Notes: generated by a model not told the origin, from the sequence alone. A DNA stretch of 64,000 nucleotides from Terriglobia bacterium (GCA_963739235.1 CAVTZY010000033.1:157153-221152), one strand, 5' to 3'; counted from the first letter of the stretch, positions 19,958 to 29,842 are shown. Translations and numbers: made by a program.

Positions 19958-20027
19958 CCTCCAACGAAACCCTGAGCCAACGCATCCAATTCTGGATCGT
20001 GCCGTAGGCGCCGGCCGTTCTCTGGTT

Positions 20028-20354
20028 TTAGCCTGCCCTCAGGAAATCGACCTCCAGCCGGCAGGCCGTCTTCACCACAAGTGAAGGTTTTTTGTTCTCT
20101 CTTTCTATCCCAACAGGGCCCCTTTTCATGTCAAACTCTTCCTCAGGCGCGTGGCAGTGGACGCGTATGACGGCACCCCACTCGGCTATGTGGTCAAATG
20201 GGATGTGATTCAAGTCGGCGCCAGCCTCGCGAAAGCGGAAGGCCAGGCGATCGTGCCTGACGCAGTTGCACTCAGCGAGGTCCGCTCGGAGACCTCCGAT
20301 CTGAAACATGGCCGTGGCACGATACCGCCGGTGCTTGATCCGAGCGACAGCCAC
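20028..20354 (-). CDS. Hypothetical protein (family not recognised)
   Basis: This is a 108-aa ORF (or 93 aa from MFQIGG at 20309) with GC-rich third positions, divergent from nth. It contains CNC and HCH motifs. I could not place it in a family. Confidence 0.4.
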   Translation of the reverse strand: MAVARIKHRRYRATAMFQIGGLRADLAECNCVRHDRLAFRFREAGADLNHIPFDHIAEWGAVIRVHCHAPEEEFDMKRGPVGIERENKKPSLVVKTACRLEVDFLRAG

Positions 20355-20398
20355 AACGGCCAGTTTTCTCTATTTTCCGGTCTCAAGGGATTGCAAGG

Positions 20399-21058
20399 AT
20401 GAACACGGCCTCAATCGAAAAAGTTATCCGCATTCTGCAGCGGGAAGTCCGCCAATGGAAAGTGCCGGCGGTCGGCGCCGTGGCGCAGCGGGCAGCCGAT
20501 CGACCGTTTGAGACTCTCGTGAGTACTATTCTCTCTCTGCGCACCAAGGATGCGGTGACCGAACGGGCGTCGGGTCGCCTCCTGGCCCGCGCCCCTACAC
20601 CCGAAGCGATGGCATCGCTCCCAGCCCGGCAGATCGAGAAATTGATCTACCCCGTCGGCTTTTACCGCACCAAATCCCGGAATCTCATCGAGACCAGCCG
20701 GATTCTGCTTCACGATTATGCGGGTAAAGTCCCGCGTGACATGGACGAGTTGTTGAAACTTCCCGGCGTCGGCCGCAAGACCGCGAATCTGGTCATTACC
20801 GTTGGCTATGATGAATACGGCATCTGCGTCGACACTCACGTCCATCGGATCTCGAATCGGTGGGGCTACGTGAAAACGAAAACGCCAGAAGATACCGAAT
20901 TCGCCCTGCGCCGCAAGCTGCCGAAACAACACTGGAAAAGCTACAACGACCTTCTCGTCACTTTCGGTCAGAACCTGTGCGTTCCCATCTCTCCCTGGTG
21001 CAGCAGGTGCCCGCTCGAACAATTCTGTGACAAAGTCAACGTTTCTCGGAACCGGTGA
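20399..21058 (+). CDS. nth: Endonuclease III (DNA glycosylase/AP lyase)
   Basis: The HhH-GPD motif is LLKLPGVGRKTANLVI with the Asp in CVDTHV. The C-terminal 4Fe-4S loop is C..PISPWCSRCPLEQFC. Confidence 0.9.
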   Translation: MNTASIEKVIRILQREVRQWKVPAVGAVAQRAADRPFETLVSTILSLRTKDAVTERASGRLLARAPTPEAMASLPARQIEKLIYPVGFYRTKSRNLIETSRILLHDYAGKVPRDMDELLKLPGVGRKTANLVITVGYDEYGICVDTHVHRISNRWGYVKTKTPEDTEFALRRKLPKQHWKSYNDLLVTFGQNLCVPISPWCSRCPLEQFCDKVNVSRNR

Positions 21059-21320
21059 GATAAAAACTAAGCGGACAGAATATGGAAGTCAGAATGTGGA
21101 AGAAGAGATAGCCACGTGGATCCGAATTCAGCACTTATAGTGCCGCTCCACTCATCCCTTCATTCTGCATTCTGTCTTCCGCTTTGATAATTCCGCCGCT
21201 CTTGTGCACCCATCGACCAGACCCTATACTTTTCTTGGGCGTATTTGACGGCTGGCGGGAAAAACTCCGGCTGACTTAGTCAATGGGCAGTTACTTAAGA
21301 TCCCTTGAAGGGGCTCCTCT

Positions 21321-22286
21321 ATGCTGATCAAGAGAGCGTCTGAGATCAGGCCTTCCGAGATTACGCCGAAGGCAATCTATTTCAATCGCCGCAAATTTAT
21401 GACGGGCATGGGCGCGGCCGGGGCGGCTCTTATTGCCGGCAAGCTGGCGCCGAATCTCCTCAACCCGCGGATGGTCGCCCACGCGGGATCAAAACTGCAA
21501 TACGTCAAGAGCAACCTCAGTACGCAGGGCGAAACACTGACGCCGCTCCAGGACATTACGACTTACAACAACTTCTACGAATTCGGCACCGATAAAGAAG
21601 ATCCTTCTCGTTACGCAACCAATTTTAGGGCTGTTCCATGGAAAGTGTCCATTGAGGGACTGGTCAAGAATCCCAGAGCCTACGACGTGGAAGGCATCGT
21701 CAAGATGCACCCATCCCTCGAGGAACGCATTTACCGTCTGCGTTGCGTGGAAGCCTGGTCTATGGTGATTCCTTGGATCGGCATTCCGCTCAGCTCGGTC
21801 ATCAAGGCGGTCGAACCAACGTCGAAGGCCAAGTTTGTTGCCTTTGAGACCCTGTACGATCCAAAACAGATGCCGGGACAAAGGCGTTCCGTACTCGAGT
21901 GGCCTTACGTCGAGGGACTGCGTATGGACGAGGCCATGCACCCCCTGACCATCCTGGCGGTCGGGCTTTATGGAGAGACTCTGCCCAACCAGGACGGAGC
22001 TCCGATCCGACTGGTGGTCCCGTGGAAATACGGCTTTAAGAGCATCAAGTCCATCGTCAAGATCAAGTTCGTCGAAAAACAGCCGCCTACGACCTGGAAC
22101 ATCATGGCCCCCGATGAATATGGCTTCTACTCCAACGTCAATCCGCAGGTGGATCATCCGCGTTGGAGCCAGGCAAAGGAGCGCCGTATCGGCGAATTAT
22201 TCAAACGGCCCACACTCATGTTTAACGGCTATGGCGATCAAGTGGCCAGCCTATATGCAGGCATGGATCTGCGAAAGTACTATTAG
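21321..22286 (+). CDS. msrP: Protein-methionine-sulfoxide reductase catalytic subunit MsrP (YedY-like molybdoenzyme)
   Basis: A Tat-like signal is present ([19 protein letters not shown]). Other blocks are [33 protein letters not shown] and [21 protein letters not shown]. It is followed by msrQ. Confidence 0.9.
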   Translation: MLIKRASEIRPSEITPKAIYFNRRKFMTGMGAAGAALIAGKLAPNLLNPRMVAHAGSKLQYVKSNLSTQGETLTPLQDITTYNNFYEFGTDKEDPSRYATNFRAVPWKVSIEGLVKNPRAYDVEGIVKMHPSLEERIYRLRCVEAWSMVIPWIGIPLSSVIKAVEPTSKAKFVAFETLYDPKQMPGQRRSVLEWPYVEGLRMDEAMHPLTILAVGLYGETLPNQDGAPIRLVVPWKYGFKSIKSIVKIKFVEKQPPTTWNIMAPDEYGFYSNVNPQVDHPRWSQAKERRIGELFKRPTLMFNGYGDQVASLYAGMDLRKYY

Positions 22287-22291
22287 TCGCC

Positions 22292-22942
22292 GTGACCAAA
22301 CGCAAGCTTCTGCTTCTGAAATGCCTGGTATGGGTCGCATGCCTCGCGCCTCTCTGCCGGTTGGTCTACCGGGGATTCGCCGGCCGGTTGACCGCAAATC
22401 CCATTGAGTTCATCACCCTCTCCACGGGGACGTGGACCCTGGTGTTTATTCTCGTCACACTCAGCATCACGCCCCTGAGGAAATTCACCGGTCTGGCCTG
22501 GCTCATCAAGTTTCGCAGGCTGATCGGATTGTTTGCATTTTTCTATGCCGGCCTGCATTTCATGATCTATGTCTGGCTGGACAAGTTTTTCGACCTCTCG
22601 GATATGGTCAAGGATGTCATTAAGCGCCCTTTCATAACGGCAGGATTCTTCGCCTTCCTTCTGCTGATTCCTCTCGCAGCCACCTCAACAGCGATGGCGA
22701 TCCGCAAGATGGGGGGCAGGAATTGGCAGCAGCTGCACCGGATCATTTACCTGTCCGCGGCCTCAGCCGTTGTCCATTTCTGGTGGAAGGTCAAGGCCGA
22801 TACTCGCCAGCCGATGATTTACGCCACCATCTTGAGCGTTTTGCTCCTGTACCGTGTGGCCGCTTGGGGCCTGCGCCGGCGCGCAAGAAAAACCGAGGTC
22901 AAGCTGCGTGGCGCTGAAGTCCGGAAACTGGCGAACACCTAA
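22292..22942 (+). CDS. msrQ: Protein-methionine-sulfoxide reductase heme-binding subunit MsrQ (YedZ-like)
   Basis: This is a six-TM ferric-reductase-like protein with RRLIGLFAFFYAGLHFMIYVWLD and HRIIYLSAASAVVHFWW. The GTG start lies 5 nt after the msrP stop. Confidence 0.85.
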   Translation: MTKRKLLLLKCLVWVACLAPLCRLVYRGFAGRLTANPIEFITLSTGTWTLVFILVTLSITPLRKFTGLAWLIKFRRLIGLFAFFYAGLHFMIYVWLDKFFDLSDMVKDVIKRPFITAGFFAFLLLIPLAATSTAMAIRKMGGRNWQQLHRIIYLSAASAVVHFWWKVKADTRQPMIYATILSVLLLYRVAAWGLRRRARKTEVKLRGAEVRKLANT

Positions 22943-23018
22943 GCTGGCAGAGGATAATCGTTAGGAACGAGTTGCTTCTCCTCACGAAGTTCTATGAACC
23001 ACAAACCACCCGAACCGG

Positions 23019-23403
23019 CATATCCGCATCCTAAAACCTCAACGCAGTCTCTCATGCGCCGGGGCGCACCCAAGCGCATGAAAAGCGCAGCCGTTGCGCG
23101 AAGCGCCTTGGAGTGCGGCGGCATGCCCTGCACTCCAAAGGCTCCGCCTATTTTCGGAACAGTCCTTCATGCGCCGGGGCGCACCCATGACGCATGAAAA
23201 TGTTGTGCTCTCGCCGCAGGTTTCCTGTGCCGCCCTTTCAGGGCTCCTACCGCTCGATTCCCACTTCCCAGGGCGTGAGCCCTGGGTAGAGAACCGGAGA
23301 TCTCAAGCCCTGAAAGGGCGGCACTGAAACACACATGTGGTTCGGCGCCGCAATCGGTCCTATTTTCGAAGCAGAGGTCGCTGAGGCCGCAGAGGATGCT
23401 CTG
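23019..23403. repeat. Mosaic array of at least five hairpin/REP-like modules in a convergent intergenic region
   Basis: The head at 23019-23047 matches 5319-5347. The hairpin TCATGCG...CGCATGA occurs twice (23052-23081 and 23167-23197). An 11-bp stem spans 23106-23141. A 17-bp perfect stem (23229-23245 / 23306-23322) encloses an 8-bp stem with a GTGA loop (23267-23286). The arm at 23366-23403 matches 5339-5376. Confidence 0.8.
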
Positions 23404-23444
23404 CTAAAGATACGAAAGCGGTTATTTTCGCCTGTTTCGTGGTT

Positions 23445-24710
23445 TCAGGCTTTGATCGGCGGTCGGGTGTCGGAGTTCTGATCGGCAGCCAGGATGGCCG
23501 GTCCGATGGACCTCCATGCATAGAGCAGAAGGAGGAAAAAAACGATGCCATTGAAGAAAAACGTCGCACGAATGTTCAGGTGCGTGAGAATTCCGGCAGC
23601 CACAGGCCCGATGGCTGCGCCCAGGAGTGATGCGCTCGCCAGAAACGAAAAGGATGTCCCGCGAGTTTCCTTGGGAACCACCATGCTTGCCAGAGTATAA
23701 ATCACCACCATGCACCCGCCGGCCAGCAGGCCGAGTGCCAAACGCAGAACCAGGAGTTGCTGCGCCGCCCAAACCAAACCCATGGGAGTGCAGATCAGCG
23801 CGCCGGCGGCCAGGCGCCACAACAGAAGCCGGCGCGGCGAGCCTCTCTTCAGCCGATTTCCCAGTATTAATGCGGAGACGGCCTCGGCGAAAAGGCCGAG
23901 GGAAATGATCAATCCCGCGGTCTTGGCAACATTGCTCATACTGGTTCCCAGAGTGAGAATGTAAAGCGGAATGACCGGCGCAAAGCTGCGCTCGACGAAA
24001 TTCACAAAAAAGAGCACGGCGATCATAACCCCGAAGGAAGGGAGGGCAGCGGCCTGCTTGAACGAAATGCTGCGCTCCCGAGCGCCGCCAAGAGCGGCAG
24101 CTGCTACTGCATCCGGATCTTTGTAGAGGCGATCGATCATGATAAGCGCCACTGCGGCCAGGACGGCACTGACCATGCAGGTTTTGCGGATCCCGATCGA
24201 ATCCGCAAGCAATCCGCCGACAATCGGCCCCACAGCAGAGGAAATCATCTGCACCGTTTGCAGCAGCCCGATGGACTGGCTCATGTGATCTTTAGGGGTC
24301 GTGGATACCAGCAATGGCATGGACAGGGTGGCAAATCCACCAGTTAAGCCCAGGGCCACGCGCAGAATGAGCAGGTGGTAGACGCTGGTGGCGAAACCGA
24401 AGAACGCCCAATGCAGCGCCATGGCGAAGGCACAGCGTTCGATCATCAGCTTCATGCCGTAGCGGTCGCCTATCCGCCCCCATGCAGGGGCGAGGAGCGA
24501 GGCCAGGAGCGGCGCGATCGTGAGCAACAAACCTGCCCAGGTTGCAATGCCGGCCTCTCCCTTCACGCCCAGATCTTTCACGTACAGGGGCAGAAACGGC
24601 ATGACGAAAGTGAATCCGGAAAACACCAGGGCGGCGGCGATATTGATCGCCAATCGATTGCGGCGCCATTGCTCCTTTGGAAGGGAAAGGCGGATGGGAA
24701 GAGTGCGCAT
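23445..24710 (-). CDS. MFS transporter
   Basis: This is a 421-aa protein with about 12 TM helices and the MFS signature GRIGDRYGMKLM between TM2 and TM3. Confidence 0.85.
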   Translation of the reverse strand: MRTLPIRLSLPKEQWRRNRLAINIAAALVFSGFTFVMPFLPLYVKDLGVKGEAGIATWAGLLLTIAPLLASLLAPAWGRIGDRYGMKLMIERCAFAMALHWAFFGFATSVYHLLILRVALGLTGGFATLSMPLLVSTTPKDHMSQSIGLLQTVQMISSAVGPIVGGLLADSIGIRKTCMVSAVLAAVALIMIDRLYKDPDAVAAAALGGARERSISFKQAAALPSFGVMIAVLFFVNFVERSFAPVIPLYILTLGTSMSNVAKTAGLIISLGLFAEAVSALILGNRLKRGSPRRLLLWRLAAGALICTPMGLVWAAQQLLVLRLALGLLAGGCMVVIYTLASMVVPKETRGTSFSFLASASLLGAAIGPVAAGILTHLNIRATFFFNGIVFFLLLLYAWRSIGPAILAADQNSDTRPPIKA

Positions 24711-24774
24711 GAGGGAGTGGATTATATGCTATTATAAAAGATTTGGTGTAATCCCTTATTGAGGACATGCTGTT

Positions 24775-26580
24775 TTGACGGACAAAGCCTACATCCGGAA
24801 CTTCTCCATCATCGCTCATATTGATCACGGCAAGTCGACCCTTGCCGACCGCCTGCTGGAGCGCACAGGGGCGCTCAGCCAGCGCGAAATGTCGGATCAG
24901 GTGCTGGATGCCATGGACTTGGAGCGTGAGCGCGGCATCACCATCAAGGCTCACGCCGTGCGTTTGAAGTATCTCGCGGAAGATGGCTGCGAATACATCC
25001 TGAATCTCATCGATACTCCCGGCCACGTCGATTTTTCCTACGAAGTTTCGCGCAGCCTCTCGGCCTGCGAGGGGGCGCTCCTGGTCGTGGATGCATCCCA
25101 GGGAGTCGAAGCCCAGACCCTCGCGAACACCTATCTGGCACTGGATCATCACCTGGAAATCATCCCGGTCATCAACAAAATCGACCTGCCAAGCGCTGAC
25201 ATCGAACGGGTCAAAGAGCAGATCGAAAACATCATCGGATTGGACGCCAAGGATGCAATTCTCGCCAGCGCGAAGGAGGGTATCGGCACGGAGGAAATCC
25301 TCGAAGCCATCTGTCATCGCTGCCCGCCGCCCAAAGGCGAATACGACAAGCCTCTCAAAGCGCTGGTCTTCGACTCCTGGTTCGATCCCTACCGCGGCGT
25401 GATCGTGCTGATTCGCGTCATCGACGGCACGCTGCGCAAGGGGCATGAAGATCCGGCTCATGGCGATTCAGCAGGCATTTAACGTCGAGCAGGTAGGTGT
25501 AATCACTCCGAAGTTTCAGGAAGTGGATGAGTTGTCCGTGGGAGAGGTCGGTTTTGTCGCCGCCGGCATCAAAGCGAGTCGCCGACTGCAAGATCGGCGA
25601 CACCATCACCGAAGAGGCCCAGCCCTACCGCCGAGCCCTTGCCAGGATTTCAGGAAGTAAAGCCGATGGTGTTCGCCGGGCTATATCCGATAGACAACGC
25701 ACAATACGAAGATCTTGCGGGATGCATCTGGAAAAACTCCAGCTCAACGATTCCTCCTTTTTCTACGAGCCGGACACATCCGGCGCACTGGGGTTCGGCT
25801 TCCGTTGCGGCTTCCTCGGCTTGCTGCATATGGAGATCGTTCAGGAGCGCCTGGAGCGTGAGTTCAACCTGTCGCTGATCACAACCGCCCCCGGCGTGCG
25901 CTATCGCGTCACCACCCGCAAAGGGGAGGTGATGGAAATCCACAATCCTTCCAAACTGCCGCCTCCCGGTGACATCCTCAAGTTCGAAGAACCCATGATT
26001 ACTGCCATGATCATTTCGCACAGCGATTACGTGGGCCCGATCCTGAAGCTGGCGGAAGAAAAACGCGGTGTGCAGAAGGGATTCGAATATGTCACGACCA
26101 ACCGGGTCCTGATTACCTACGAACTGCCCCTGGGTGAAATCGTCCTGGACTTCTATGACCGGCTGAAATCCGTTTCCAGAGGATACGCGTCGCTGGATTA
26201 CCACTTCTCGGATTACCAGGAGTCGAGGCTGGTAAAACTCGACATCCTCGTGAGCGGAGAGCCTGTCGACGCGCTCTCCCTCATCGTCCATCAGGACAAT
26301 GCGTCCACTGCGCGGCAGGGCTTTAGCCGCCAAGATGAAAGAGCTGATCCCGCGGCAGATGTTCGAGGTAGTAATCCAGGCTGCCATCGGCAGCAAAGTG
26401 ATCGCGCGTGAAGTCGTGCGGCCGATGCGCAAGAACGTCCTCGCCAAGTGCTACGGGGGAGACATTACCCGCAAGCGCAAGCTTCTGGAAAAGCAAAAGG
26501 AAGGCAAGAAACGAATGAAAAGACTCGGCAAAGTCGAGATCCCCCAGGAAGCCTTCCTCGCCGTGCTCAAGGTCGAGTAG
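24775..26580 (+). CDS. lepA: Translation elongation factor 4 (LepA), frame broken six times
   Basis: The product starts [23 protein letters not shown] with DTPGHVDF and NKIDL. Later blocks are ..[41 protein letters not shown].. and the C-terminus [31 protein letters not shown]. The pieces sit in frames 1,2,0,1,2,0,1. The length is 1806 = 3x600+6. Confidence 0.9.
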
Positions 26581-26779
26581 CATCGATTGGTTGTGGCAGT
26601 ACAAATAATTGATAATCCACAACCTAAAGCTTGCCGCCTCAAGGCAGGCGATCCGTGGGCCCAGGGAGCCAGTTTCAGGCTTTTTCCTTGGGGTCCCGCT
26701 GCCCCTCTTGTGACTTTTCGCTAAAGGGTTGGCCGGCTCAAGCCGATCAGTTTTTGCAAAAGCCCCCTGGGGAAGAACT

Positions 26780-27175
26780 ATGCGATTCGCCGGACAAAAC
26801 ATCGCCGATTGGAAAAATTACGAAGGGAAAGGATCGTTGGGCTGCCTGGTTTCCATTTTGCTCCTGGGTGCCATGCTTCTTGTCGGCCTGCGGCTGGGCC
26901 CGCCGTATTTCTCCTACAAGAGCCTGGAAGGGGATGTCGGCACAGAAATCAGCCGGGCAGGTTCCCATTACTTCTCCAACGAGGCTCTGGTACAGAACAT
27001 CCTGGATGTAGCGAAGAAAAACGAAGTCCGCCTCAAGAGGGAAGATATCAAGGTAGAGCGCCTGGCCGGACAATTACAAGTTTCTTTCCAATACAGCGTA
27101 CCTGTGGACCTGGTCTTTTTTCAGCACACGTTTGAATTCAAGATCAAGGCCTCGAGTTTTATTGGAACCCTCTAG
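26780..27175 (+). CDS. Small membrane-anchored protein, DUF4845-like
   Basis: The product has one N-terminal TM helix (LGCLVSILLLGAMLLVGL) followed by a ~90-aa domain (PPYFSYKSLEGDV...QYSVPVDLVFFQHTFEF). Confidence 0.6.
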   Translation: MRFAGQNIADWKNYEGKGSLGCLVSILLLGAMLLVGLRLGPPYFSYKSLEGDVGTEISRAGSHYFSNEALVQNILDVAKKNEVRLKREDIKVERLAGQLQVSFQYSVPVDLVFFQHTFEFKIKASSFIGTL

Positions 27176-27385
27176 ATATTAGGGAAAACAGGCCGCCAGG
27201 GCATGAATCCCGTAGCCTTCCATGCAGGTGACAAGCAACGAAGCCCCGGACTGCCGGAGCTCGCGCGCTTTGGGCATCCCTTCAGCTTGCGCCCGAGATC
27301 AGGAAAGCCTAAGATAGGGCTGATGCCAGCGCATGGAGGTAAGCCTGAGGAGAGTAGGACACCCCTTTTAGGCCCCGGCGGGTTG

Positions 27386-28156
27386 ATGCGATGCATTACC
27401 GGGACCTCTCTGGCATTATTGTTGTTTGCCTTCATGCTCGGCTGCAGATCCGCTGTGGTTCGGGTGCCGGTTCCAAGCGAGGATCTGATGCGTGCAAACA
27501 TCGCCGCCGGGGAGGGCGATATTTCCTTCACGCGCAAAGATTACTATGCGGCTTTGATCAAATATCTCGAAGCGGGAAGGCTCAATCCGAACAGCGAATA
27601 CATCTTCAACAAGCTGGGAATCACCTATTCACGCCTCCGCTTCTACACGCAGGCGATCGCAGCGTTCAATCACTCGCTCGAACTCAATCCAAAATATTCC
27701 TACTCTTACAACAATATAGGCTCGGTCTACTTCGCCGACAACAACAAGAGAAAGGCGGAGGCATGCTTCCGCAAGGCCATCGGCCTGAAGAATGACGAGG
27801 CGTCGTTCCACGTTAACCTGGGGACGCTCCTTTTTGAAAACAAGAAGTATGAAAATGGCCTGCAGGAGCTGAGGAAGGGACTTGCGCTCGATCCCGAAAT
27901 CCTGAAAAAATCTGAAGGTTCCAGCCTGGTGGCTGCAATTTCCCAGAAAAACACGGCGGAAAAGAACTACTTTATGGCGCGTTTCTATGCTTCCCAGGGT
28001 GATACGGATCGCGCTGTAGAAAACCTGCAGTTAGCCTTGACCAACGGCTTCACCAATCTGGAAGCCATCCGCACAGAAAAGGATTTTGACCCGATCCGGC
28101 AGCAGGAGAAGTTCATCGCCTTCATGAAGTACGCCACACAGGTGCTTAAAACCTGA
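27386..28156 (+). CDS. TPR-repeat lipoprotein
   Basis: The N-terminus MRCITGTSLALLLFAFMLGC looks like a lipobox. It is followed by 4-5 TPR units (YYAALIKYLEAGRLNP, AIAAFNHSLELNP, AEACFRKAIGLKND ...). Confidence 0.8.
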   Translation: MRCITGTSLALLLFAFMLGCRSAVVRVPVPSEDLMRANIAAGEGDISFTRKDYYAALIKYLEAGRLNPNSEYIFNKLGITYSRLRFYTQAIAAFNHSLELNPKYSYSYNNIGSVYFADNNKRKAEACFRKAIGLKNDEASFHVNLGTLLFENKKYENGLQELRKGLALDPEILKKSEGSSLVAAISQKNTAEKNYFMARFYASQGDTDRAVENLQLALTNGFTNLEAIRTEKDFDPIRQQEKFIAFMKYATQVLKT

Positions 28157-28173
28157 CGAGTTTTCCCATGCCC

Positions 28174-29145
28174 TCAAGCGTCGCTGCGGGTGCGCGGCGA
28201 CAACTCCACCAGCCAGGCGGCCAGCAGAGGAATGAGGATTTCGTGGTGGCCGGTGATCGGAATGCCTGTTCCCCCTTTTTGCACGGGTCTTTTGAGGACG
28301 TTTTCCCGCGGGCGGTAGTGCTGGAAGAAGTCGAGGTTGGCGGTGGTGAAGTTCGCGAGCTCATTGCCGCTGTTGCGCACCAGCGTGATGCACTTTAGGA
28401 AAACTTCAGGCATCGTTACAGCCGAGCCGCAATTTAAATAGACTCCGCCTCCATTCAGACCGGCAACAAGACTGGCAAGCAAACGAAAATCGCGGTGCGA
28501 ACCCTCGCCCAAGGCGGCCGGGGAACAACCGGGGTGGTTGTGAATGATGTCGGCCCCGATGGTGACGTGAACGGTGACCGGGATGCCGCGCATGTACGCT
28601 TGCTGCAGCAGGCTGAATTCGCTAAATGCCGGTTTGAGAGAATTCAGATAGCGTCCCAGAGATTCCCCAATGCCCAGGCCATCCCCGGCGCCATCGCTGA
28701 TCGCCTTGTTGATGTCCCGCCCGGTTTCCTCTGCCATGCCGAAGGCCCCCTCTCTCAGCTGTGCTTCCACGTCTTCGCTGGTGGAGCCGATGATGGCGAT
28801 TTCGAAATCATGGATGACGCCTGCCCCGTTCATGGCGATGCCGGTGACCAGCCCGCGGTCCATGAGGTCGATGAATACCGGACTCAAGCCGGTCTTGATG
28901 ACATGACCGCCGAGTCCCCACAGGATCGGCTTGCCGAGACCCCGCGCCTGAACGATGGCGTGCGCGAGATTCCGCAGATCCTGTGAGCCCAGGACTTTCG
29001 GCAGACCGTTTAAAAAATCAGCGACCGATCCGCCCTTAGTATGAGGACGGCCGAAACTTTGCACATTCACCTTACTGACGCGCTCCTTCAGCGGGTAGGT
29101 GTGGATGCGGCTCAGATCAAAAGGGCGCAGCGGATATCTGGACAT
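28174..29145 (-). CDS. Deoxyhypusine-synthase-like (DHS-like NAD-binding fold) protein
   Basis: The block GKPILWGLGGHVIKTGLSPVFIDLMDRGLVTGIAMNGAGVIHDFEIAIIGSTSEDV resembles the DS-family core (..SSGLR..I..L.....VD.IVTT.GG.E.D). This is a remembered motif that has not been searched. Confidence 0.55.
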   Translation of the reverse strand: MSRYPLRPFDLSRIHTYPLKERVSKVNVQSFGRPHTKGGSVADFLNGLPKVLGSQDLRNLAHAIVQARGLGKPILWGLGGHVIKTGLSPVFIDLMDRGLVTGIAMNGAGVIHDFEIAIIGSTSEDVEAQLREGAFGMAEETGRDINKAISDGAGDGLGIGESLGRYLNSLKPAFSEFSLLQQAYMRGIPVTVHVTIGADIIHNHPGCSPAALGEGSHRDFRLLASLVAGLNGGGVYLNCGSAVTMPEVFLKCITLVRNSGNELANFTTANLDFFQHYRPRENVLKRPVQKGGTGIPITGHHEILIPLLAAWLVELSPRTRSDA

Positions 29146-29151
29146 GATAGG

Positions 29152-29724
29152 CTACATACCTTTCACGTTGTCATCGACCAGCTGACACAGGACATGCCCG
29201 ATCATAATATGGACCTCCTGCACACGTGCCGCCTCTCTGTGCGGGACATTGAGGTGGTGCTTAACACGAGTTCCAAGCCTTCCGCCGTCGCAACCGGTAA
29301 GCCCGACGGTGATCAAACCCATCTCTTGTGCTGCATCCACAGCCAGGCACACATTGGGCGAGTTGCCGCTGGTTGAGATCCCGATGGCAAGATCACCCGG
29401 TCTCCCCAGAGCCCGCACCTGGCGCTCGAAGACGCGCTCGTACCCGTAATCATTGCCGACAGCAGTCAAGATGGAAGTATCGGTGGTCAGGGCGAGAGCG
29501 GCAAGAGGGCGGCGCTCACGCACAAACCGGCCCACCCATTCAGCGGCCAGATGTTGCGCATCCGCCGCGCTGCCGCCGTTGCCGAACAACAACACCTTGT
29601 TGCCGTTTTGCAGCACCCTGCAAATCTCTAAAGCCACCGCGGCGATCTTTTCTTCGTTCGCAGCAAAGAAGATCTGCTTCAGGCGCAGACTGTCGGCCAC
29701 TGCATTTCGGATCCGTTCGATCAT
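29152..29724 (-). CDS. gmhA: SIS-domain sugar-phosphate isomerase (GmhA/phosphoheptose isomerase-like)
   Basis: Matching blocks are LLFGNGGSAADAQHLAAE, ALALTTDTSILTAVGNDYGYE.VF.RQV and GISTSGNSPNV. The stop lies 6 nt before the DHS-like gene. Confidence 0.8.
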   Translation of the reverse strand: MIERIRNAVADSLRLKQIFFAANEEKIAAVALEICRVLQNGNKVLLFGNGGSAADAQHLAAEWVGRFVRERRPLAALALTTDTSILTAVGNDYGYERVFERQVRALGRPGDLAIGISTSGNSPNVCLAVDAAQEMGLITVGLTGCDGGRLGTRVKHHLNVPHREAARVQEVHIMIGHVLCQLVDDNVKGM

Positions 29725-29842
29725 GGTCTCAAAGATCGGTTACCTGCCGCTTCCAAGTCAAGACCAAATTAGTAGCGAGAGTGAGGATTGAGCGATAGCT
29801 GGGGCCCTTTCCACCCGCGGGTGAGCGTTTGAGATTGTCTCG

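Noticed and set aside
21059-21320. A Moco riboswitch upstream of the molybdoenzyme gene msrP.
   Set aside because: I could not find the conserved Moco-motif segments. The region is dominated by the CAGAATG-type hairpin repeat.
22994-23327. Short ORFs across the repeat elements. Examples are 22994..23197, 23094..23327, 15042..15350, 29769..30125 and 33050..33442.
   Set aside because: They are translations of palindromic or dispersed repeats. The same peptides arise on both strands, and there are no start contexts and no domain features.
25440-25730. Programmed ribosomal frameshifting in lepA, or in any of the other split genes.
   Set aside because: There are no slippery heptamers or stimulatory structures. 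Multiple consecutive +1 events in one gene, and identical behaviour in unrelated essential genes, point to inserted bases in the sequence.
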